Shown here one piece after another: positions 53,445-64,000 of a stretch of DNA of 64,000 nucleotides. The translations under genes and the position numbers were made by a program. The notes below the pieces were generated by a model. It saw only the letters and a program-made list of their open reading frames with translations, searched no databases and was not told where the DNA came from. Source of the DNA: Phoronis australis (taxonomy: Eukaryota > Animalia > Phoronida); contig NMRA01000001.1 in NCBI GenBank assembly GCA_002633005.1, positions 314,625-378,624 on the forward strand, in the 5' to 3' direction. How positions within the stretch are numbered: position 1 is the stretch's first letter; each line of letters starts with the position of its first letter.

Positions 53445-54685
53445 TAACCAACTGAAGAAGTCGTTGACAAAACTTCCCTGTAGAACGGACTAGGTATTAA
53501 CTCAGATCTTTCAGAACGCCATGTAGCCTAACAGGTAAGTTCGGTTCATAAGATTTCTCCCTCTACCGCATTAGAGGAGGTAGCCATGCGAGAAAACAAA
53601 CCATTGATCTGGGCTTCTCATAGCCTGTCATCTCATTTAAAACTTTTTTCTTGCCTTTCTTCTCTAACCTCATTTCATTAGCCACGACTGGAGGGGTACA
53701 CTTTACACTAGTTCTGTCTAGAACTCTTTCACGTCATGGGAAAATCTGGAACGCCGTTTGCTTTTGTGTAGTCACAGTGCCCACCTAGACTCAATTCCAT
53801 TCAAAGTGTACAGTAGCCAAACGAATTAAAACATAAACAGTAATATAATTTAGTGATATACGTTAACATTGGTATATGATGAATTGAGATGCATCAATGC
53901 AAATAGTGGTTTAATGGTTTTTGTTCAGATTTTATAAGACTTTTATTCAACCTTGAACATGGCTAATTATCTGAAAACGAATAGAGACAAAGTTTGGACG
54001 AATTGCGTTTTTTTCACTATTTTTTGATTTTTGTCTTAGTGACGCAACACATTTTCATTTTTGGAGTTTGGTCAACCCAAAAGATAATACAAGTCAGCAA
54101 TTTCAAAATTCGAGACGAGTCACGTTCCCACTTTAGAACTTCATGTCTCTGAAATATCTGATCGAATCAAATGAAACTTTCAGATACTACGATTTATGTT
54201 CTTTCTTCAATAGGCTTTATGAAAGTGATCCACTTCTGAACGAGGAGCTATCAAAAAAAAGAATTTAATGACTTCCAGGACCGGAAGCACAATCACATTT
54301 TATAAAAATAATATCGTTTCTGATATCTCATCTTGAACGTTTACATTACATAAAATTTGATCATGTTATTGATACATGTCAAAAGTTTTGCTATCGAAGT
54401 ACGTGATTTTTTGCTTAAATCTTTCTAAAAAGACATGGTAACGTGTCAAAATTAGTGGAACTTTTTGTGAGCAGTGAATCGAGTTTTATAGTTTTTAATA
54501 AAAAAGTATAGTTTTTCTGAGTTGTAGGCTAAAGTTATGAACACAGTCTTAGTTATAATTTCCTGCATGAAATTAAATCGCGTTTAACCTCGTTCGTGTT
54601 TTGGCATCTTATACCAGCAGAAATTAAGCTCTAGAGAGCTCTTTCTGAAAAATAAACAAGTATTTTTTGACATCCCAAAGGTTGT

Positions 54686-54762
54686 TATAAAGAGGACTAT
54701 TGGTCAAACCACCATAAACTTTGTCATAAAGAGGGCTATTGGTCAAACCACCATAAACTTTA
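54686..54762. repeat. 40-bp tandem duplication
   Basis: ATAAAGAGG(A/G)CTATTGGTCAAACCACCATAAACTTT twice. Confidence 0.85.
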
Positions 54763-55208
54763 TTACAGAAACATACTAAAAACTCTTTTTGATGGAAAGT
54801 AGAAGTAACTATACAAAAATTTCAATATTTAGGCCTTAAATACTGGTATACACACCTTTCCGAAAAAATCCATGACATGATTAGGCCTACATTCCCATGC
54901 CGACTACCGAGCGACAAATTGTAGGAAAATATCACGGATAAAACGGGGAAAATGAGGATCAACAAGCTAGTTGCATCTACGAGCTTATGCTTACTAACGT
55001 TTACTGTAAGTTCAACTCATATGAGTGAGTATGCTAGTATTTTGCATCTATGTGCGTTGCGCTTACGCCATCTATTGTTTAGCAGAGTAGGCAGGAAGCA
55101 GTAAATCTGGGAATACGCCGAAAAATTGCGTCACGACATATTGTTCTACGTCACAAACACTAGAAAATTTTAATTGATTTCTGTGAGTAAACGGAACAGG
55201 ACGAAAAT

Positions 55209-58200
55209 ATGATTGAAATAGAAGAATTAGGGGAAATCCTGAAGGAAAAATTTGAAGATATCGCTTCTCGAATGAGGTGAGTTATGAGAGTATATCATGC
55301 TTTATTTACACGAAGTTTGTTTGTTAAATTATTATATTTTTTCACGAAAATATTTCCTATAGCAGTTTTAAAATTTACTCTTGCATAACAATTTGGTTGA
55401 GGCTTCAATTGATATTATAAGTATGTAGTTTTATCACTAAGAATCGAATTATAATACCACAGTTAGTTAATCGGAACCATAAGTCTCAAAAATAACATAT
55501 CGATTTTCAAAAATGTACCAGCTTTACTTGACATTATCCTTTCTTGAGCGCGAGCTTCATAATTCTCTTTTTCAATACTTACATGACTTACAATATCAAC
55601 TGATCAGTGTGTAAAAAGTTTCAAGACACAACAAAGCATAAAATACATGGCCATAGGTCTAAGAAATATTTGGAGGAGACAAAGAGAATTCATCATTGTT
55701 TTCTCCATCCATATCCTCATTCATCGTATTCAATCCTTCATCATTACCATCATCATTATGACCATCAGCATCATCAGCCTCATCACCATCGTCTTCTTCT
55801 TCTTCTTCTTCATCATCATCATCATCATCTCTTTTTCTAGTTATTCTTATCCTCGTTTCCCTTCCCCTTGTCTTTACCAATTACAAAACCATTCCCATCC
55901 TCACCGCTACCACCGTCTTCCCTTTGAACCAATTTCGCCGGGTATCTTTCTCTAGACATCTTCCATCAGTTTTCACCCGCGCCACTCAATTAACTACCAA
56001 GGACCACTTTATTTCCGATAGGTTCCTGGAGGGACTAAAGGACGCATTAGAGATAAAAGCGCGTGCAGAGAAGCACTTTGGTATGCAGCTAGAACAAGCC
56101 GCAGCGAGAATCTTTCGTCTGCAGGACCACGCACCGTCAGTCGCGAAAGAGGTCATAAGCCTCCTGACCAGCGACATGATATACAGTTCTGTGGCCCATC
56201 AGAGGAGCAGCGATAAAACACTGGATTCAGTTGTTTGCAACCTAGACAGGTAAAGGCGGACATGCATACTGCATGCGTAGTTCAAGTGTTCGTAATCTAG
56301 TCACTCTTGATCGTTCAAATCAAAATAGTCCTCATAGGTGTTATTCTCCATAATTTTCGTGAAACTACTCTCAACTGGAGACTGGAAATCTGTCTACACG
56401 TTTCTCAGACGGAATCGCAGTCAGACCTGAGTCCGAAACTGCTACACTACACCAAAAGTGTTTTGACAATTAACCAATCCATCATTTGAAGTTTAAATTG
56501 GTCAGATTTCGAGGACAGTCACGGATTTTCTAAATTTCCACGTGAAAATTCGACCACTTAACCTAACAAAATTGACTTCAAAGTTTCCCCTACCACGATA
56601 AACCTTTATTTCCGTGACTACGAAAAACATTTCTATCAACAAGTAAAAATGTTTTAAAAAACGGGATCGCATATGACAAAAATGTAATTATCGCTTAATT
56701 TTTGGTTCTTGAGAGGACTGTTATAATATTTGAGATTTGGCACGTCTCTGAATGTCTCTCGACAGTAGCTGGAAGCTGAATGATACGGTAAAAGCGAACT
56801 TCAGTCTTACAGCATACTTCTAAACCAGCGCTGCATTCTTCAATGCAAGTTTCGGAAAGACTCCACACTTTTCCCAAAAGCGCTTCGGCGGCTGTTTGAA
56901 AGCAAATCACTTAGTGAAAAACAATGTATCCGAATGGAGACTTTTTCAGAAGTCCCCGATCTTGCTAAGGTTGACGGGTGACTTTACAAACGTAAATGTA
57001 GTGACTGCTTTCGTCAACGTACCCTCACGAATTAGACAAAAATTATTTCCTATTATTGTGGTACATGTACGCTATTTTGTTTATAGATTTCTTGAGGGTG
57101 TTAATTTGAAGCGCCTAAAGAAAAGGACGAAAAAGTTGATGGTTAAGAACAGAAGGAACGTTGAAAAACAAACTAAACTTGAGTCAGAGGTAAGCACTGT
57201 TTTTAAATGTAAATAAACACCCTGAACTTGACACTTGAGGTAAATTGTAATGACTAGTCTACCATTTTCACCCGAAATGAAGCCAATACAATAACATATT
57301 ACAGTTGTCCAATATTAGATACGAATCACCTACCACCCAGGATCACCTAACACGGTACACAAGCCCGGGACTTGTTTCTCGAGGGGAGACTATTGGCTTT
57401 TTTTGGCTGAAAACCAGTTTATTTGTGTCTTAGTTTATTTCACCAAAATCAGGCTAATGCTGAAAGTCAGAAACTCTGTCTTGGACTAGAAGTAAAAAAA
57501 AACAAGAATTTGTACTTGAGAAATGCAAAACACAGTCTCTACGAGAAACAGGTGTCGAGTCCGGGCACGTGCTTGGCGGTCGGATATCTTTGTGTGAATG
57601 GGTGAGCTGCAGGTTTTGCTTGGTAAGCCGTGTGGCTTTGGTATTTGTATTACAATAAAAGTATGAGACGTCTGACACGACTGAGCGAGTCGGTGAACTC
57701 GGAGCTCGCTGTGCTCGTGAGCTGTGTTTTGAACGTGATAAACTAGCTGTACATTCATTGGTGTATCACTCACATGTTGTATCCAGTCTTTAACATTTCT
57801 GTAACCGTTTACTTATGTTTTCAAAGGCGAATTGCAGAGACATAAAACACACCAAATTCGACTGCCATTGCCTTTAATTTCTAAACGTTCCACTGAATTG
57901 TTGACGTTCAATAACCGTGACTGCATGGCTAATGTAATCACGCAGTTGGATTCGGTGTTAGAATGAATATGAAAATGTCTTTTTCTCTGAATACAGCTCT
58001 TCAAACTTGTATTATGCTACCAGCATCCTGTGTGTGAACGTAGTCACAACTGATTTTTTTGTTCCAATAGGATCTTCGCAATCACTTTGCTAATCTTGAA
58101 AGCATCGGCGATGGCTACCAGAAAACACTCATTGAGGCGCTGGACAAAGCAACGAGTGACGCAAAACAGCTGTCCAGCCATATGTAAGTTGTTGAAATCG

Positions 58201-59403
58201 AATTCACACCTTATATTGTTGTATAATACACTGATGGGCACGTTATCTGGCAGTACAGTAACGACTATTCGAAGAACCGTAACTCACTGATTACAGCCGA
58301 AGAAATTGTCAGCAAATCAGAATACTCATACATTGGGTATGTTTTTGGTGAGAAGACTATTTCACTTGTATAATGGTTCTTGCGAATGTCAAGAGACTAT
58401 AACCATGTAATGTCCTTTACAAGCCAATGTGAAAAAACGGTTCGGACAGGTCGGGTGAACTCCTCTCCTGCCAAGAGTAAAGTCTCGCCATGGCATGCTC
58501 GTCTTGCCCGTAATTACACTGATATGTCTACATCTGTCGATTTGTTATTGGTTTAGGTGGAGAATAAGCAAAACGTACAAAAGAACTGAGTCCTTGCTGC
58601 AACAAATGCGTAGCGAAGTGAACGATTTTGCTTCGGTGTCTGTGGACTTGGAAGCAGAACCATTGGCGAGAGATGCTGGCCTGTCTCCTAAAAGGATGTC
58701 TGCAAGCTGTAAATTACAATCAAATGTCACATTAAACGAATCTGTAGATGGCGTAGTTGAGGAGAAAGAGAGTCGCAGGATACTGGACGAGAGTGCCTCT
58801 GAGTCTTCAACTGGCACTCAAATAAGTGTAGCTTCCACCAATATCACGGTGGCCGCTGCCACCGCTTCCGCCGCCGCTGCACCTAGTGCAGACTCTCGCG
58901 ATAATGGGATCGCTGCTGTAGGCGTCGTCAGTGCTGCTAACGCTGGCAAGGATGAATTGAATAACGGAGATTGTACGGAGGAAACAGAAAGCGTGAAGAG
59001 TGAATATGCTATGGATGACTTAACACTTCAGAGTGACATTGCATTAGGTAGCAGCATCCACGACCAGACGAAGGATGACAAGGTTGCGAAGGAAGCAACA
59101 TGCGAGTGTCAAAACGATGATTTTGATGAATTACCCGCAGATGAAGTAGACGCAGGAAGTGGATGCGAAGAATACTTTGACGCAACTTCGGTTATGGATG
59201 GATCAGGCTGTGACTGGGAGACAGCCTCTGCTTTGGAAGAACCGCAGCCCAATGACCAGACACTGTCAGCCATCGAAGCTTCTGGAAGTGGCTGTGAGGA
59301 ATTCTCTACTCATAACCAGGCATCCTTGGTTTCTGGAACTCCAGAGAACGACGCACGTGCTTGCACAATGATAGGCGAACTGATGGCAGAAGATGTCGAT
59401 TAG
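55209..59403 (+). CDS. Uncharacterised 6-exon gene (about 485 aa): helical, possibly F-BAR/FCH-like N-terminus plus acidic low-complexity tail
   Basis: Exons 55209-55276, 56022-56249, 57087-57189, 57453-57551, 58071-58183 and 58557-59403 are GT-AG with phases 2,2,0,0,2 and join without stops (1458 nt) into the 58495-59403 ORF frame. FLEGLKDALEIKARAEKHFGMQLEQ resembles the FCH helix. The true start may lie further upstream. Confidence 0.7.
55690..55860. repeat. (CAT)n/(CTT)n microsatellite region
   Basis: Intronic trinucleotide runs that generate spurious poly-His and poly-Asp/Glu ORFs. Confidence 0.85.
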
Positions 59404-60820
59404 AAAACGGACGTTGGATTTCAGATAATCAAAAACTCTCGGTCATGAAATTAGGCCTCAAATTGGGATGAACCGGAACCCCATAACCAGAGAAACTCGG
59501 TTTGAAAAAGCTAGAGGATGACGTGCCTAGAGTTTTAAGGACAATATGGACCTGATTAGATGTTGATAAATCAAATTTCGATTTAAATTTCGTTTTGAAT
59601 TGAAATTTAGGATTATGTAGGACTTTATAAACAAGTGCTCAAGATGAGATGTCAAAAGTGCTGTTTATGAAATATCACTTCGTTTTGTTTTCTGGAACTT
59701 TAGATTATATTATTAAAGACAATAAAAAGTAATCTTTTTGATACCCTTCGTGAAAAAGTTGATCAATTCAGACCAAATTCTAACATTGTTTTGTGAAAAG
59801 TGCACGTAGCTCAGTATCCAATCAACTAAATTTGAAAATTTTCTAGGATCCTACATATCCTAAATTAAATTAAATATTGACTTGTAAATTAATGTTTTTA
59901 ATTAAATATTTATCTTCGAATTTTGAAGTGTTTTTTTCTGTCTTAGAAGGATAGTTAAGCAAGTAACACACGCAATGGAAGAAGTAAGGACGATTTACAT
60001 ACATGTATTATTGAAGTCTACATTGTGCGGAGTTGGGTCNCAGCCATCGAAGCTTCTGGAAGTGGCTGTGAGGAATTCTCTACTCATAACCAGGCATCCT
60101 CGGTTTCTGGAACTCCAGAGAACGACGCACGTGCTTGCACAATGATAGGCGAACTGATGGCAGAAGATGTCGATTAGAAAACGGACGTTGGATTTCAGAT
60201 AATCAAAAACTCTGGGTCATGAAATTAGGCCTCAAATTGGGATGAACCGGAACCCCATAACCAGAGAAACTCGGTTTGAAAAAGCTAGAGGATGACGTGC
60301 CTAGAGTTTTAAGGACAATATGGACCTGATTAGATGTTGATAAATCAAATTTCGATTTAAATTTCGTTTTGAATTGAAATTTAGGATTATGTAGGACTTT
60401 ATAAACAAGTGTTCAAGGTGAGATGTCAAAAGTGTTGTTATAGGTTTATGAAATATCACTTCGTTTTGTTTTCTGGAACTTTAGATTATATTATTAAAGA
60501 CAATAAAAAGTAATCTTTTTGATACCCTTCGTGAAAAAGTTGATCAATTCAGAACAAATTCTAACATTGTTTTGTGAAAAGTGCACGTAGCTCAGTATCC
60601 AATCAACTAAATTTGAAAATTTTCTAGGGTCCTACATATCCTAAATTAAATTAAATATTGACTTGTAAATTGATGTTTTTAATTAAATATTTATCTTCGA
60701 ATTTTGAAGTGTTTTTTTCTGTCTTAGAAGGATAGTTAAGCAAGTAACACACACAATGGAAGAAGTAAGGACGATTTACATACATGTATTATTGAAGTCT
60801 ACATTGTGCGGAGTTGGGTC
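59267..60820. other. Duplication of about 775 bp across an N, covering the orphan gene's 3' end (probable artefact)
   Basis: 59267-60039 is repeated at 60041-60820 with a few SNPs and one small indel; the junction is exactly N60040. Confidence 0.8.
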
Positions 60821-61378
60821 CCCTGTATTGCGTGTTTGGATTCGCCATGATCAGTGTGGACACTTTGACGCAAAGTTAAACTATTCGACTTAAAACGACC
60901 CTGAAGGATAGTGGAAACAATAGTACCACGTATTAAGAGCTGGAGACAGGGACGGCTTATTACTAGCAGCGCGTTGCACGGACTCAGGCTAACTCTCACT
61001 GACATTTGCAGACAACCAGCTCTCGCAGTTGCTGGGGATTAATTGCGGTATACAGGTGACCGAAAGCGAAAGGAAAATCATTTTTATGACAAGAATATAC
61101 ATACATGCACACATATAGATGGAAAAAACGAAATTTTTATTCAAGTAGTAAGTATTAAGTGCCTCACATTTGCAGACTCTTGCAAAGGAGATTTATTTTA
61201 AGTTTGTCACATGTCAAATGTCAAGAGATACATTCCTGGGATTTTTAGTGTCATTTTCTGTGATTCTGCAGAATATGTTGCTGATTTAATTATGATTGTT
61301 GGCGTGCTTATGTTGTCCCTGGGACATTTGCAAGTGGGTAGAAAAAGACCGCAATTTGGAGGTAGGCCTTTATAAAAC

Positions 61379-61617
61379 CAGAGGCAGATCTACGTTTCAG
61401 TAAGGGGGGAATTTAGGATTCGAGCGAATCCGAGGCGACGTAACGCCGAGCGGAAGGAGGGTCGGAAGGGGGTTCCCCCTCCCGTGTTAGATTTCTTTGT
61501 GGTTTTTAGTATTTTATTTCGTTTTCTGGCGATTTTTTTCAATTTTTATTTTTGATCTTGTTCCGACGGGGGGGGGGTTGAACCCCCTGAACCCCGCCCC
61601 CTGTAGATCCGCCTCTG
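61379..61617. mobile_element. GC-rich MITE with CAGAGGC(A/G)GATCTAC termini
   Basis: CAGAGGCAGATCTAC ... GTAGATCCGCCTCTG; flanked by AAAAC on both sides. Confidence 0.65.
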
Positions 61618-62196
61618 AAAACTAAATAGTATATATAGATAAATCCATATTTACAAGCACCTTAGTGACGTGCTAAGGTGTATTACACCGCTGCAAGTAT
61701 GCGTGATATCGCCAATGACTTGTTATTTGATTTGAACAAAAACTAATGAAACAGGGGAATTCCGGGCTGTGCCTTTCGCCTGAAGTGTCGCCCTTTCTCC
61801 GGTGCCGTCGTTTTTGGACCTGATTGGTGCCCCTTATCACCAACGGCTGAATACTCTAAAACACCCGCGTTACGCACGAGTATTCTCTAAAAGAACCCCG
61901 TTCACGGATCTATGTTTTACGACTTTGGATTATACCACCCAGAAAAATTTATTTGAGAGACCAGCGAAAACGCACATTATATTTTCATGCATAAAGAGCC
62001 ACGATTCTGGGTTTAGCAATCCGTGACTGGATATAAGTTTATTACAGAGAGATTCTATGGAAACAGTGCCCAAACTTTTTGCTGATATCTAATTGAGTTT
62101 GCTTGGGAAACGAAACTTTGAATAGGCCTGCTCAATTTTATCGCGAGTGAACGCTGCAGCACGCGTTGCGAATAAAGATTATTCAAAGTGGCTTAC

Positions 62197-62350
62197 CAGG
62201 CGTGCGTTCAGTAAATTCTAGGACCTATGTTAGTACCTAGCTAAAACCTAATCAAAGTCACGTGTTCTCATTTAAAATGCATGGCAATATCTCACGTAAT
62301 CTCGCGAAGTCTTGCTTTTTAGCGAGGTGCTAGCGTTACTGAACGGGAGG
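62197..62350 (+). mobile_element. MITE of about 150 bp, copy 2
   Basis: Near-identical to 21477-21631. Confidence 0.75.
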
Positions 62351-64000
62351 CAGGTTATTTCGTAGAACAGCACGGTTTTCAATTTGAAAAGGCGCATCGA
62401 GTTGTGGTTGCTATAAATTCTGATAGGGGCATTTCCAGCACCTGCTGTAAAAGTGTTTGAATTCATTGTTGAAAGGCTTTCCTTTCAATTAGACTTTCTT
62501 TTAAGCTCAAACAGACCACGGGTACTTTCCAAGACGACACCAACTTGAATTCATTTTTCACTTAAGATTTGTCTCAACCTCCAAGCTTTGAAACTTCTAA
62601 ATCCTATCAATTTTCTTGGACACGACTTACACATCTTAAAATTGACTTAGGTTTGTCATAGCTTAGTTAGCTGTTCATGGAACGGGCGCCATCTTAACAA
62701 GCATTATTTCACGCTTCCTTGTACTTCACAGGACTTAATTCCAAACGAGCAGGCGGCGGAAAAACGGCTGGCACGCAGCCGAAAACGCTAGCATCAAAAA
62801 TAACAAACCCAACATCAGCACAAGCTCAAAACATAAAATTGACAGTTTTCAAATTTGAAGTTCCTGCCGCTCTTGGAAAAATATTAGCAGTTGTAAGATT
62901 GGGGCTTCAGTTTCGGGAGCATCCGCGCACCCTGCCTAACATGAAAAGAATGGGCTTGAATTTTTGAGAATGTGGACCATTTAATGAGATTCACGGGGTA
63001 CGTTCAGAGCTATGAATTGTGTATTCGCCGAATTTTGGTATTACTGTCTTTTTAGTGGACTTTTTTCTCGTTCTGTTCTCGTTTCTGTTTCTCTGAGGCG
63101 CACCTTTTGCCCACTAAATTTCGCCAAGTGGGGAGCTCGTTCTAGACCCGGCGTCCTCCGAGCCCTCCTGGGTGCGCGTATGGGGAGAATCATTCTGTAT
63201 GGGTGATTCTGTTTTTAAGCATGAGTAGAGCTTACTGTTAAGTAAAACCATTTATGTCAAACTAGCGATCATGCATACCGTATAATCACGAAGCGGCGTA
63301 CTGTGATAATTCCAATTTACCAAATCCCAGATACAAGCCACTGAACTCTAGGTGAAATAATCAATTCATTTTTTTGGAGTCAGACCTTTTTAAAGTGTAA
63401 CGATTATCAATATATATATCAATTCGCCTCGCCCCCGTTCATCATTCCCAACCAGGCGAGAAGTTATACGGAACCGTGGTATATACGTCCGTAACAAGGC
63501 ACAGAAATAGTGTCCCTGATAGAAATATTGTACGCGAGATGGAGAATTCTGTGTTCCCTGTACCTGAATAAGTGTGTAGCGTATTTTCACAAGATTTTTC
63601 TTCTTAAATGTCCCACATGCAAGCCCATGCGCCTTACCTCAGCAATTATGAGCATCTCCAAAATTAGGCGCATGCACAATATTGCGGGGATTTACGGCAA
63701 AAGACCTATTTTTACAAATGCTATCGTGTAGGCTATGGATTATCCAGGGTGCAAAATGAAATATCGATTCATAATGTTAGCCATATATTCATGTTCTTTC
63801 GAATTGCCGACTGCTCTTACTGTTGAGCTTAGTCTTGCGTATTTGGGCCTGCAGCACTGACTCAAATTGTCACAGTTTTGAAGTTGTGACAATTTGGCTC
63901 CGTCTTTGCATCATTCAGTACCGCTGAGTGAATTTGTCTTTAGTGTAAACAAACACTCATCATTCAAAAACACATCTCCTAATAAACAAACACTAAACTG

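Noticed and set aside
52385-53475. Hammerhead-like strings CCGATGAGGGAG...CTCGATT (about 52391) and CTGAAGAAGTCGTTGACAAAAC (about 53452)
   Set aside because: Core nucleotides (GAAA) are not intact and supporting helices are not evident.
55607-55955. Poly-His, poly-Ile and poly-Asp/Glu ORFs
   Set aside because: They are translations of an intronic CAT/CTT microsatellite.
58495-58556. Signal-peptide-like start of the 302-aa ORF (MLVLPVITLICLHLSICYWF), which with the Ser-Gly motifs would suggest a secreted proteoglycan
   Set aside because: This stretch is better explained as intron ending in the TTTAG acceptor at 58556, in phase with upstream exons. An alternative start cannot be fully excluded.
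59267-60820. Apparent tandem duplication of the orphan gene's 3' end
   Set aside because: The junction is a single N and the copies differ only at allele level; likely uncollapsed haplotypes.

Overview
This is AT-rich, intron-containing, repeat-rich animal (invertebrate-type) nuclear DNA, not prokaryotic; most short ORFs in the supplied track are spurious. Three genes can be built by hand from GT-AG exons with consistent phases. (1) UBA6, minus strand, 30 coding exons, 49130->23127, about 1013 aa, intact catalytic Cys. (2) An intronless 460-aa gene (15177->13795) with an unusual architecture: signal peptide, PEBP domain, Sushi/CCP domain, duplicated Ser/Thr stalk and a GPI-type tail. (3) A 6-exon plus-strand orphan gene (55209-59403, about 485 aa) with an F-BAR/FCH-like helical N-terminus and an acidic tail, facing away from UBA6. 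The rest holds a decayed AcademX transposon, a young AcademH- or MULE-type non-autonomous element with a 9-bp TSD, a Penelope GIY-YIG fragment with a fold-back end, Helentron-type HINEs, Harbinger/Kolobok/Mariner-like MITEs, a composite tRNA-plus-hairpin retroposon and minisatellites. Several duplications abut single Ns and are probably uncollapsed haplotypes. All calls come from manual reading, with no database searches.
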